From Sedimentisphaerales bacterium (lineage in GTDB: Bacteria; Planctomycetota; Phycisphaerae; Sedimentisphaerales; SM23-30): a DNA stretch of 64,000 nt. A model generated the notes under the pieces. It had not been told where the DNA came from. It did not search any database and worked only from the letters and a program-made list of their open reading frames with translations. A program made the position numbers and the translations under genes. The stretch lies in contig CAXXFK010000016.1 of NCBI GenBank assembly GCA_963663965.2, forward strand, positions 15,525-79,524. The letters are read 5' to 3'. Shown one piece after another: positions 10,965 to 21,222 of the stretch (its first letter is position 1; every line of letters begins with the position of its first letter).

Positions 10965-12491
10965 TTAATGTCCAAAATCTTTATCCGCCAGATTACGGTC
11001 ATAAACAAATCCGAATCCATAGGTATAACGGAAACTGTTACGGATCACTGCCACCCAGCGCGCCGTCGGATGCGATCCCACATTGATAGTATCATTCGGC
11101 CGCAAATAGATATCCGGCTGCGTTCCTTCAAACAGCTTGCGCAGATTGACTTTGCAGGTGACTTCCTTGTTCCCGCCGATTCGACGGATAATATCGCAGC
11201 GTTCCGGGCTGGCCAGCGGGGTCAGACCGCCCACGGTTGCCATGGCCTGCTTCAACGTCATTTGCTCGCCTCGCAATTGATAGGGTCCCGGTCCGGTCAC
11301 CTGTCCCATTACGTAGAATACTCCGGTCGCGTTAAACGGTACCCGGATATAATCACCCGGACGGATCAGAATATTCTGACTCAAGTCGCCCGATTGCAGG
11401 CTCTTCAGATCGATCCGGATTACCTCCTGTTTGAGTTGCAGCGATGCCGAACTGGATTCAAAATCGAATATCACGTCTCCCGGGGCCACCGGAATGACCA
11501 GGTCACCTTCCGGCAGATCCGCGGCATAAATCATGACCTCCTGATCATCAACCGGTTCGGGGGCATTTTGAAATTTCTTGCTGACCGGACCAATGCTCTC
11601 CAGCAGCTCATCCTCCGGATCTTTCACTGGCTCAGGTTTCCGCTCGATCTCCGGCTTATCCGTTTTGGGCTCGATCACCCGGGGTTGCTCAGGCGCAACG
11701 TCCTGGGAAGCGCCTTCAGCCGGCTTGGGTTCCATGGGCTTGGCCTCAACGTCAACAGGGGGGGGCACAACCGCAGGCGCCTCTTCCGGCTTGGGTTCTT
11801 GAATTTCCGGTTCCTGAATCGTCGCTTCACGTGTCCCATACGACTCTTCAGCCGGTTGGGCTGCCTCATCAGTTCCTGATTCGGGTGTACTGGTACGAAT
11901 CACATAAGCATAATCCGCGCCGGTTTGCGGAAAACCCCCTGCCTCCGCGAAGGCTTCCAGAATACGAAGGTTTGGATTGATCAATTGATAACGGGCCGGC
12001 ACGGCCACTGCGCCATCTATTGAATAGGTTTTTACCGTCGAATTCACTACCACCACGCTGACAGTCGGTTCCAATATGAAATCAGGACTCAATTTGCCCA
12101 CTAACACCTTGGTGAGTTCGGTTTCCGATAAACCGGCCGCCTGCACCGTTCCGATTTCCGGCAGAGTGATTCGACCCGCCTCATTGATCTGACGCGAACC
12201 GACCCATTCCTGACCGGTCTGGAATAAATCCATGATATTGATCATCAAAGTGTCGCCCGGACTCATAATATATTCTTTTTGAACGTCTCGCAGATCTTCT
12301 GACCGTGGATCTCGCGCGTCAGCGAACAATGCCGGCTCTTCATCCACAACACCCAGGCTTGGCAAGATAATATTCGTCACCGGGGTCGCGCGAAAACGCC
12401 CAAGGGTCTGGGGGTCGCTGCATCCTGCCATCACACTTACAATCACTAGCATAATTCCATACGCTATGGTCTTTTTAGCTTGTTTCTTCAT
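10965..12491 (-). CDS. wza: Polysaccharide export lipoprotein (Wza/OPX, Poly_export plus SLBB domains)
   Basis: Lipobox MAGC, Poly_export signature PGD...GRITLPEIGTVQAAGLS, and SLBB repeats with LRPNDTINV. Confidence 0.88.
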   Translation of the reverse strand: MKKQAKKTIAYGIMLVIVSVMAGCSDPQTLGRFRATPVTNIILPSLGVVDEEPALFADARDPRSEDLRDVQKEYIMSPGDTLMINIMDLFQTGQEWVGSRQINEAGRITLPEIGTVQAAGLSETELTKVLVGKLSPDFILEPTVSVVVVNSTVKTYSIDGAVAVPARYQLINPNLRILEAFAEAGGFPQTGADYAYVIRTSTPESGTDEAAQPAEESYGTREATIQEPEIQEPKPEEAPAVVPPPVDVEAKPMEPKPAEGASQDVAPEQPRVIEPKTDKPEIERKPEPVKDPEDELLESIGPVSKKFQNAPEPVDDQEVMIYAADLPEGDLVIPVAPGDVIFDFESSSASLQLKQEVIRIDLKSLQSGDLSQNILIRPGDYIRVPFNATGVFYVMGQVTGPGPYQLRGEQMTLKQAMATVGGLTPLASPERCDIIRRIGGNKEVTCKVNLRKLFEGTQPDIYLRPNDTINVGSHPTARWVAVIRNSFRYTYGFGFVYDRNLADKDFGH

Positions 12492-12858
12492 GTCCTGTAT
12501 CCTGTCTGTTATCTCAGGTTAAGGTACGCATTGAACTCAAAAGATTATTTTATTTATAGCTTACTGAGTTCTACATCGGTTGACTATGATCCAGACTTTA
12601 TCTTATATAACGCTAACTGTAAACTTGCAAATAATTTATAGGCTTTTTTCTTACATTACTTGTTGGATGTCGCTTGTGTTCATGCATTTTATTTTTTTGT
12701 AGTAAACAATAAGATAACACCTTATATTTGAAGGAGCAAGGGAGGTTCTGTCAAAATTTAATTCTGTTAATTCAATTACTGCCAGGATATTGTCGATAAT
12801 AGATAATGGATTATCGGGCCTCTTGGGCCCGGTTCAGAGCGATTATAAGGACTGAACC

Positions 12859-13647
12859 ATGAAAATTGTTGTTGTTGGAGCTGGCGGCCACGGCCGCGTT
12901 GTTCTCGATATCCTTAGAAATAACCATCAGTTTGAAGTCGCAGGCTTCCTCGACTCCAACATGGCTCTGCATGGCCAGACGGTCGATGGCGTCCCAATTT
13001 TGGGAAATATCGCCATGGCTCAGCAATTGATGCAGAAAGGCATTGGCGGCGCTATCGTTGCCATCGGGGACAACCGGATTCGAGATCAGTTTGCTCACAA
13101 CCTCCATAAATGTGGGATTCCACTGGTTAATGCCATCCATCCTTCTGCCAATATCGCCGGCAATGCCTCCATTGGTAAAAACGTCGTAATTGCCTCCGGA
13201 GTAAATATTTGCACTCACGTAAAAATTGAAGATTCCGTCATTATCAATACTGGCGCAATCATCGACCATGAATCACTCGTTAGAAGGGCCGCCCATATCT
13301 GCCCGGGCGTCAGACTCGCCGGACATGTTATTATCAAGGAATCAGCCTTCGTGGGCATTGGGGCAACGATCATTCAAGGGATCTCGATTAATGAATATGC
13401 GATCGTCGGCGCCGGTGCGGTTGTCCTGGAAGATGTCGATGCTTATACGACAGTCGTGGGAGTTCCCGCCAGAGTCATTAAAAGCAGCCATTTACAGGAG
13501 CTTAAACGCAAGGAAATCGTTCAACCCAGTACCGCTGAGCTTGAACCGGCCAAATTAATGATCACCACCAGACCTCAACGAAAAAAACTCATCCAGCAAA
13601 GAGAATCCGTCCAGGACAAAAAACTGGAAGAAATCTTTGGTCAATAA
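12859..13647 (+). CDS. Sugar acetyltransferase, NeuD/PglD family
   Basis: GAGGHGRVV, AIGDNRIR, hexapeptide repeats with IIDHE, and VGVPAR. Has a ~55-aa charged C-terminal tail. Confidence 0.9.
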   Translation: MKIVVVGAGGHGRVVLDILRNNHQFEVAGFLDSNMALHGQTVDGVPILGNIAMAQQLMQKGIGGAIVAIGDNRIRDQFAHNLHKCGIPLVNAIHPSANIAGNASIGKNVVIASGVNICTHVKIEDSVIINTGAIIDHESLVRRAAHICPGVRLAGHVIIKESAFVGIGATIIQGISINEYAIVGAGAVVLEDVDAYTTVVGVPARVIKSSHLQELKRKEIVQPSTAELEPAKLMITTRPQRKKLIQQRESVQDKKLEEIFGQ

Positions 13648-13667
13648 ACGCCACCTGTCCCCAAAAA

Positions 13668-13750
13668 TGCGGGTGAGAGGACTCGAACCTCCACATCGGT
13701 TAGATACGAGAACCTAAATCTCGCGCGTCTGCCAATTCCGCCACACCCGC
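13668..13750 (-). tRNA. tRNA-Leu (anticodon TAG), CCA not encoded
   Basis: Reverse complement folds as acceptor GCGGGTG/CACCCGC, D-loop AATTGGCAGA, anticodon arm CGAGA-TTTAGGT-TCTCG, long variable arm, and T-arm GGAGG-TTCGAGT-CCTCT. Confidence 0.97.
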
Positions 13751-13773
13751 GTATCGGTTTTAATAAATGGAAC

Positions 13774-13802
13774 CTTATACCCGGATTGCCAGACAATTTC
13801 AA
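13774..13802 (-). promoter_or_regulatory. Sigma70-like promoter of tRNA-Leu
   Basis: Minus strand TTGAAA-N17-TATAAG, 23 nt upstream of the tRNA. Confidence 0.55.
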
Positions 13803-13848
13803 TCTAATTTATTATTCTCTATAAGTGGGCCGCCCATTTAGTCGGGCC

Positions 13849-13890
13849 AAAAAACATGCTGCCTGGCTTTTTTATACTCCAGGCAGCATG
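13849..13890 (-). terminator. Intrinsic terminator
   Basis: Perfect 12-bp stem CATGCTGCCTGG/CCAGGCAGCATG followed by TTTTTT on the minus strand. Confidence 0.85.
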
Positions 13891-14047
13891 CTCGTATTAA
13901 GTTACTCTCTCTATCTTTCTGGCTCTCTACTCTTTCAGTTAACTGCTTGCTCTCGAGGTCAATTCTCTTTCTTTCATGCTTTCGTCTGTTTTCTCGTAAT
14001 CAGTATCAACGCGTTTGCTTTTCATGATACCAGTGCCTTCAATGGCC
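13849..14047 (-). ncRNA. Candidate purine-rich small RNA (alternatively a 36-aa ORF at 13939-14049, or the dprA 3' trailer)
   Basis: TATGAT -10 box at 14052-14057, a GA-rich body, a strong terminator and an upstream perfect palindrome. Confidence 0.35.
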
Positions 14048-14077
14048 ATATATCATATCGTTTCATAAGCATTTCGA

Positions 14078-14100
14078 AAATACAGGGAATCCCTGTATTT
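14078..14100. promoter_or_regulatory. Perfect 23-bp palindrome, probable transcription-factor operator
   Basis: AAATACAGGGA-A-TCCCTGTATTT: 11-bp arms with a 1-nt spacer. Confidence 0.55.
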
Positions 14101-14195
14101 CAACGCTCCAATACCTGATATAAATACGGACGAACCCGGAATCAATATGCTATAGCAATACCCTGATCTGAAAGGGTTATCGGATGACGGTCTGG

Positions 14196-15344
14196 TTATT
14201 TCCTCAAGATATAAAAACTGCCCGGCAATTGCTTGATCGCCCCTTTGAGTTGCAAAGCCGTTAACGCCGCATTTGCCGGCCCGGCTCCCAATCCGGTTGC
14301 ATGGATAATCTGCTCAAGATGTACGGGATCCTTCGATAAAATCGACACGATTTTTTGCTCACCGGCATTCAAATGCAGCTGGGTCATATCGAACAAAGTG
14401 GCCTCCACTTTCTCTTTGGCCCGTTCGCTGGCCTGCCGGGCGTGAACCTGATAAGATTTTGCCAGAGGCAATAATGTATCCACAATGTCGTCAATACCTT
14501 CCGCCATGCGGGCGCCGTCCCGAATCAGGCTGTGCGGCAACTCGCTGCCCGGGGAATCGATCCGGCCCGGTATCGCCAGCACTTCACGCTGATAATCCTG
14601 CGCGAACGCCGCCGTGGTCTTTGCCCCGCTGTTGCGCCGGGCCTCCACCACCAGCGTTCCCAGCGCCAATCCGGCAATAATCCGGTTCCGCGCCGGAAAA
14701 TGACCCGATTGCGGCGCGGTCAGCAATGGCAACTCGCTGATCACCGCGCCCTGGCCGCTGACTGCCTCGGCCAGATCGTGATTCTCCGGCGGATATATCG
14801 TCGCCAGACCGCAGCCCAGCACGGCCAGCGTGCGTCCATTCCCTGCCAGCGCCCCGCGATGACTGGCCGAATCGATCCCGCGCGCCAGACCCGATACAAT
14901 CGTAAATCCGGCGGCCGCTGCCAGGTGCCCAAACCGCGATGCCTGCTCAAAACCATACTGGCTGCATGTCCGCGAACCCACCATGGCCAGCGCCAGTGAA
15001 TCCTCCCGTTTCAGCGTCCCCCTCACATATAAAACATGAGGTGGATCGGGTATATGCTTCAATAACAGTGGATACTCCTCTGATTGAATGGGAACAATCC
15101 GCACTCCCAGTTCATCGGCCCGGTCAATTTCGCTGTCCACCTCGACCGAGTCTCGGCTGGCGACTATTTTCTCCGCAATAGTCAGCGATATTCGCGGAAT
15201 CCGAACCAGATCACGCGCCCGCGCCGCCAGGATCTGGTCTATCCCGCCAAAATGTTCCAGCAATCGTGCGAACGTCCGCGCCCCCACTCCCTCTGCCATC
15301 GCCACGCGCAACCATTTCCGTAATTCCTCTCGGTCCTGATTCAT
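14196..15344 (-). CDS. dprA: DNA-protecting protein DprA
   Basis: VGSR, IVSGLARGID, FPARNRIIAGL and a C-terminal winged helix. Start moved to ATG 15344, behind GAAAGGGG. Confidence 0.95.
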   Translation of the reverse strand: MNQDREELRKWLRVAMAEGVGARTFARLLEHFGGIDQILAARARDLVRIPRISLTIAEKIVASRDSVEVDSEIDRADELGVRIVPIQSEEYPLLLKHIPDPPHVLYVRGTLKREDSLALAMVGSRTCSQYGFEQASRFGHLAAAAGFTIVSGLARGIDSASHRGALAGNGRTLAVLGCGLATIYPPENHDLAEAVSGQGAVISELPLLTAPQSGHFPARNRIIAGLALGTLVVEARRNSGAKTTAAFAQDYQREVLAIPGRIDSPGSELPHSLIRDGARMAEGIDDIVDTLLPLAKSYQVHARQASERAKEKVEATLFDMTQLHLNAGEQKIVSILSKDPVHLEQIIHATGLGAGPANAALTALQLKGAIKQLPGSFYILRK

Positions 15345-15379
15345 CACTGTCACCCCTTTCCACAAAAGAATCCCTGGCT

Positions 15380-16477
15380 TTATGTCATTAAATACTCAAT
15401 GGCCTTGACAATCTCGTCTTCCGTAAAATCGTTGTATATTTCACAATGCCCAATCCGGTCCGGAATCGCAAACACAACCTTGCTGTCCTGCACTTTCTTA
15501 TCATGCAGCACCCCTCGATACAACGCCTCCACCGGCAGATCATGTCCCGCTCTCACCGGCAGGCCAAACGCCTGTAATAACGCCTCGATCCGGTCCGCGT
15601 CCTCTGCCTGCATGGCTCCCCTGGCCGTCGCCATCCGGTTCTCTGCCACGATCCCCAGTGAAACAGCCTCGCCATGATGATAAGGATGGCCCGGCAAAAC
15701 CGTCTCAAAGGGATGACCAATGGTATGCCCGTAATTTAAAATCCGGCGCAAACCCGATTCTCGTTCATCTTCTGACACAACCCTGGCCTTGATCCGGCAG
15801 TTCCTCGCCACCAGGTCACTCAACACCTTCATATCCAGACCGGCAATCCGTTCTTTATGACTATCCAGATAATCAAAAAACTCACCATCCTGAATCGCGC
15901 CGTGCTTGACTGATTCGCACAATCCGCATCCCAGTTCCCGCGCCGGCAGTGTCTTTAAAGTCGCCACATCCGCAATGACCATCGATGGCTGATAAAACGC
16001 TCCGATCATATTCTTGCCGCCCGGATGATTGATGCCGGTCTTGCCTCCCACACTGCTGTCCACCATCGCCAGCAGCGTCGTCGGCATCTGCACAAACTGA
16101 ATGCCCCGTTTAAAGGTCGCCGCCGCAAATCCAGCCAGGTCGCCCACGACACCTCCGCCTAACGCAACCACGGCGTCCGATCGCTCCAGGCGCATGCCCA
16201 TCATGCCATCATACAGATACCCCAGCTTTTCCAGTGATTTGGAAGATTCTCCCGCCGGCACACAAAGAATATCGCTTTGGATACCCGCACCCGCCAAAAC
16301 CTCCTTTAACGGACCGGCATACAAGGGTTCGACATGACTGTCCGTCACAATCGCCACTTGACGCGAACGGTTATGACGCTTAAATAACGCCCCAAATTCG
16401 CTGTGAATCCCGCATCCGATATAAATCGGGTAACTCCGCTCTCCCAACTGAACCGGTATTTCATTGATTGTCATCAT
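15380..16477 (-). CDS. aroB: 3-dehydroquinate synthase
   Basis: GGGVVGDLAGF, PTTLLAMVDSSVGGKTG, LNYGHTIGH and HGEAV. Start moved to MMTINEIPVQLGERSY. Confidence 0.97.
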   Translation of the reverse strand: MMTINEIPVQLGERSYPIYIGCGIHSEFGALFKRHNRSRQVAIVTDSHVEPLYAGPLKEVLAGAGIQSDILCVPAGESSKSLEKLGYLYDGMMGMRLERSDAVVALGGGVVGDLAGFAAATFKRGIQFVQMPTTLLAMVDSSVGGKTGINHPGGKNMIGAFYQPSMVIADVATLKTLPARELGCGLCESVKHGAIQDGEFFDYLDSHKERIAGLDMKVLSDLVARNCRIKARVVSEDERESGLRRILNYGHTIGHPFETVLPGHPYHHGEAVSLGIVAENRMATARGAMQAEDADRIEALLQAFGLPVRAGHDLPVEALYRGVLHDKKVQDSKVVFAIPDRIGHCEIYNDFTEDEIVKAIEYLMT

Positions 16478-16864
16478 TCGCCTTTTCGCTTTATTATCTT
16501 TTATATTTTCGCCTTTTCGCCTTTGGTATAATGAAATCAGGCTATGATTGCAACCGAAAATACCTTCTTTGCTATTCTTATTGTAATAAAACCGACTTGG
16601 CTCGTCCATCCTGATACGAGCCTGATATTTCTGTAACGAACTCTTTCAGGTAATGGTATAAAAATTAATACCTGACAGGATATCATCAGAATTGGAGATC
16701 AATCGAATTCCACAAATCCTGCAATAACTGGATTTAAAGTTATTATCTCTCGAAGATAATTTTGTTGTTTATCTCTTTACCCTGTGTTATAAATGCCTTT
16801 ATTGGGCTGTCGGATCGAAATTCCGGCGGCAAACCTAACTTTATACTGGTATTGGAGTTATATT

Positions 16865-18648
16865 ATGTTAAAGCCGAATCGAAAAGGAGTAGTGAAAAGC
16901 CTGATCTTAACTGTGGCCCTTGCGATGGTCTTCACCTCGCCGCTAATGGCGGGCCCAGTGGATGTCCTCAAAGACATGCCCTCTTCCGCCATTGTCGTTA
17001 TCTCTACCGGACCGCTCAATCAGTTCAGTCAGAAATTAGATCTTTACGCCCATGATCTGGGCATTCTGGCCCCGGGCAAACCTTTCAACCTGGTTGACCA
17101 GCTTAAAGTGCCAATCACGCAATTAACCGGGGTCGATCTCCAGATCGATGGGTCCCGCGGCATGGGCCTCGCGATCATGAATATCATGCAGGCCAATGAA
17201 TCCATCGTCATGTATCTTCCCGTTAACAATCCCAAGGATGTGATCGACAAAATGACCAGTAAAACTCCGGTCGAAAACATGCCGATTTGGAAAACCGCCA
17301 CGGGCGGTGTGGTCGCGAGCCAGGGTCAGTTTCTCGTCATTGGAAACGATCAGGATATTGTCGGCCAGGCGGTTTCAATGCCGCGCGGCGTCATATTAGG
17401 CGACGCCGACCAGAAACTATTTGCCAGTGCCGATCTGGCCGTATCCGCCAACCTCACGACGCTCATGCCGATGGCTCAGGGGTTTCTCGCCATGGCGGCC
17501 ATGCAGAATCCCGAAATACAAAAATACAAATCGCTGGTCACGATTATCACCGCCGCTTCCCAGCGGATCGGCGAAATCCAGGGTGTGGGACTGGGCTTGC
17601 AGCTTGACAACAGCGGCATGATGCTCGGCCTGAATATCAATGCCCGCCCCGGCAGCAAACTCGCCGGCTATCTGGTCAACCAGCCGATGACCTCGTTCAA
17701 AGATATCCAGAATTCCAACCATGATAGTCTGGTGGCCGCTCAAACCGGCATGATGGATCCCAAACTCTTTGTCGATCTCTCCAATTTCATCATCAACGCC
17801 GTGGCTTCAGACCCCGCCCTGAAGGATAAAGTCACCCCGAAATGGTCGAAACCTCAAAGAAAAGCCTGAATGAAATATTCACTCTCGCTTCCCAGGCCTC
17901 CCAGCAGCAATCCTATTACCTGCCAAACCCGGCCGGCGATACCGTGCCCCCGATTGGCACCGTCATCAAAGCCCCGGATAAAGCCGGCCAGATATTGAAT
18001 TTCTACAGCCAGATTTTTGCCACTGTCAATATGGTCATGCAGAGCCTCAACGCCCCCGTAAAATTCAATTTTACCCCCAACGCCGGCAAACTCGGGAATA
18101 TCAGCTATAGCGAAATGGTCATGGATATGTCCGGCATGGTCGCCGGCCCCAATGTTCCCCAGGCAACCATTGATGCCATGAAAAATTCCACCCTTTTCGC
18201 TCAATTGGACAAGGATACAGTTATTTCGGTAACCAATCCCAAAATATTTGATCAGGTCGTTGCCCTGGCCAAACAGCCCGGCGCCAAACCGTTTGATCCG
18301 GCCATCGCCGCCAAACTGCCCTCCAAAGCCAATCTGATTGCGGCTATGAACCTGAAAAACTACGCGGCTTCTTTGTCCGCGGCCATGTCCAAACAAATGC
18401 AATCCATGCCGGGTAACGAACAGGCGGCGGGAATGATTGGCATGATCTCGATGCTGGCGCAAAATCTTCAGGGCGAATTCGCCGTCAGCGCCACGCTCGA
18501 CCAGAACGCCATCCAGACCACGCTGGTCATGCCTAAAAATACCATGCAGAGCGTCGCCAATACCGCCAAAATGGCAATTGGAGCTTTCGGCGCCCAGATG
18601 ATGGGTGGCGGACAACAGCAACCGATGAATAGCGGCAGTGGCTTCTAA
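16865..18648 (+). CDS. Exported hypothetical protein (possibly DUF3352-like), split by one frameshift near 17840
   Basis: Signal peptide. ORFs 16793-17869 and 17842-18648 overlap with continuous codon style, and a terminator follows. Confidence 0.65.
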
Positions 18649-18683
18649 CTGCGTCTGGTTTCTTATACCTTGACTGTAATTTT

Positions 18684-18721
18684 AAAGAGAGGCCGGACAC
18701 GTAGCCCGGCCTCTCTTTTTT
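18684..18721 (+). terminator. Intrinsic terminator
   Basis: AAAGAGAGGCCGG-loop-CCGGCCTCTCTTT followed by Ts. Confidence 0.85.
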
Positions 18722-18773
18722 AAACCGCTCGATGCGGATCGAATTGAAAAAAATTGAGTATGGAGTTGTAACT

Positions 18774-19883
18774 ATGGGGTTTTTCGCTAAATTACGCGGT
18801 GAATTCATCGACATCATCGAATGGACCGATCCTTCCAGCGATACCCTCGTCTGGCGCTTCCCACGCTACAACAATGAAATAAAAATGGGCGCCCGGCTGG
18901 TGGTGCGTGAAAGCCAGAAAGCTGTTTTCGTCGACAAGGGCCAGATCGCTGATATCTTCGATCCTGGTATGTACACCCTCGATACCGACAACCTGCCCCT
19001 CCTTTCCACCCTGATGGGCTGGATCCACGGCTTCAATAGCCCCTTTAAAGCCGAGGTCTATTTTGTCAACACCCGCCGCTTTACCGATCTTAAATGGGGT
19101 ACTAAGCACCCTGTCACCCTGCGCGATCCCGAATTTGGCCCCGTGCGGCTCCGCGCCTTCGGCACCTACACCATTCGCATCACCGATCCCGAACAACTCC
19201 TCAAGGAAATCGTCGGCACCAACGGCCATTTCACCACCGAAGACATTACTGATCAATTGCGCAACATGATCGTTTCCCGTTTTGCCGACCTGGTGGGCGA
19301 AAGCAAAATTCCCGTTCTCGACCTGGCTTCCAACTACGATGAACTGGGCCAGTTCGTCACCCAAAAAATCGCACCCGAGGTCAACCAGTACGGCTTCGAT
19401 CTCCAAACGCTCCTGGTTGAAAATATCTCCCTGCCCCCGGAAGTGGAAAAAACACTCGATAAACGCACCAGCATGGGTATCATCGGCGACATGAATCAGT
19501 ACACCCGGTTCCAGATGGCCGAATCCATGTCGGAAGCAGCTAAAAATCCCGGTGGGACCGCCGCCGGCGGCATTGGCATGGGAATGGGCTTCGCCATGGC
19601 CAACCAGATGGGCCAGGCCCTCTCCGGTCAGCCCGGCCAAACTCAGCCTCCGGCCGGACCGCCCCCATTGCCAACCCAATCTGCTACTTTCTACGTCGCC
19701 ATCGACAACCAGCAGGCCGGCCCCTTCGATATCAATACGCTCAAACAATACGCCCAGTCCGGCCGCCTGACCTCAGACACCCTGGTCTGGAAACAGGGCA
19801 TGCCCAACTGGACCCCCGCCGCCCAGGTTGCCGAACTCACTACCATTTTCAATGCCACACCGCCGCCACTCCCCCCGCAATAG
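18774..19883 (+). CDS. SPFH/band-7-like protein (YdjI type) with C-terminal GYF_2 domain
   Basis: EFIDIIEW, PFKAEVYFVNT, VRLRAFGTY and ENISLPPEVE. The tail QQAGPF...TLVWKQGMPNW is GYF_2-like. GGAG precedes ATG 18774. Confidence 0.88.
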   Translation: MGFFAKLRGEFIDIIEWTDPSSDTLVWRFPRYNNEIKMGARLVVRESQKAVFVDKGQIADIFDPGMYTLDTDNLPLLSTLMGWIHGFNSPFKAEVYFVNTRRFTDLKWGTKHPVTLRDPEFGPVRLRAFGTYTIRITDPEQLLKEIVGTNGHFTTEDITDQLRNMIVSRFADLVGESKIPVLDLASNYDELGQFVTQKIAPEVNQYGFDLQTLLVENISLPPEVEKTLDKRTSMGIIGDMNQYTRFQMAESMSEAAKNPGGTAAGGIGMGMGFAMANQMGQALSGQPGQTQPPAGPPPLPTQSATFYVAIDNQQAGPFDINTLKQYAQSGRLTSDTLVWKQGMPNWTPAAQVAELTTIFNATPPPLPPQ

Positions 19884-20011
19884 CGGCAAAGACGACTATC
19901 CTTTCTGACTCTTTTTCGATATCTGATATTTGAAATTTTTCTAATGGTAATATCTTCTTATTTGCGCTTATTCGTGTCCATTCGTGGTTCTAAAGGCTGT
20001 TAATTTATCTC

Positions 20012-21147
20012 ATGACACCAAACGATCCAACTCAAGAATCCGTTTCCGCTCACAGCTTCCACTGCTCCAACTGTGGCGCCAAACTCCAGTTCCAACCCGG
20101 CACCGAAGAACAGGTTTGCCCCTACTGCGATGCGCATCAGGAAATTGCCGAGTCCACTGACGCCGTCATTGAACACGATTTCCGCGCCGCCCTCGCCGAC
20201 CTGCAGAATCATTCCGATCAGAACGAAGAACTCATGATCAAATGCCAGGCCTGTGCCGCCGAATTCTCTACCGAACCCAACGTCACCTCTCAGGAATGCC
20301 CCTTCTGCGGCACCAATATCGTCAGTACCGCCCACTCCGTCAAACAGATCAAACCCCAGGCGCTGCTCCCCTTCAAAGTCACCCGTCAGCAGGGCCGCGA
20401 CCTGTTCAAAAACTGGATCCTGAAACTCTGGTTCGCCCCCAACAAACTCAAAAACAACACGACCTGGATGACCGCCTAAAGGGCATGTATATCCCCTACT
20501 GGACCTACGACAGCCAGACCACCACCCATTACACCGGCCAGCGCGGCGAACACTATTGGGAAACCGAAACCTACACCACCATGGTCAATGGCAAACCCCA
20601 GGTCCAGACTCGTCAGGTTCGCAAAACCCGCTGGTATCCCGCCAGCGGCACCGTCCGCCATTTCTTCGACGATGTCCTGGTCCTGGCCAGTAATTCCCTG
20701 CCGCGCAAATACACCGAAAAACTCGAACCCTGGGACCTGCCCAACCTCACACCCTATCAGGATGAATACCTCAGCGGCTTCCGCGCCGAAAGTTACCAGA
20801 TCGACCTGGCCGACGGCTTTGGCCGCGCCTGTGCTATTATGGAAAGCCATATCCGCGTCCTCGTCAAACGCGACATCGGCGGCGACGAGCAGCGAATCTT
20901 CACCATGAACACTCAACACAGCAGGATTACCTACAAACACATCCTCCTGCCCGTCTGGATCAGCGCCTACCGCTACGGCCAGAAAGTCTACCGCTTCCTC
21001 GTCAACGCCCGCACCGGCGAAGTCCAGGGCGAACGGCCCTGGAGCTGGGTTAAGATCACCCTCGCTATCCTCGCAGCCCTGGCCGCCGCCGCCATCGTCA
21101 CCGCCCTGGCCCAGGGAGGCGATTTCCATTTCCAGTTCGCCCATTGA
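20012..21147 (+). CDS. Multi-zinc-ribbon membrane protein (YdjG-like; family often mislabelled primosomal protein N'), one frameshift near 20455
   Basis: CSNCGA, CPYCD, CQAC and CPFCG, then GMYIPYWTYD, KHILLPVWI, VNARTGEVQGERP and a C-terminal TM. The frame break is at an A run. Confidence 0.8.
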
Positions 21148-21222
21148 ACCGCTGGTTGGGACCTCTGGAAACCTCATGCATTGACTGATGAAGGATCCAG
21201 CATAACCCATCTCTGGCCGGCA

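Noticed and set aside
13668..13750. tRNA-Leu as an integration site
   Set aside because: No integrase nearby and no duplicated tRNA 3' end noticed in the window.
18792..19748. Long antisense ORFs (also 10968-11879, 17854-18621, 20476-21210, 57611-58447)
   Set aside because: Shadows of well-supported genes on the opposite strand, caused by biased codon usage. No motifs.
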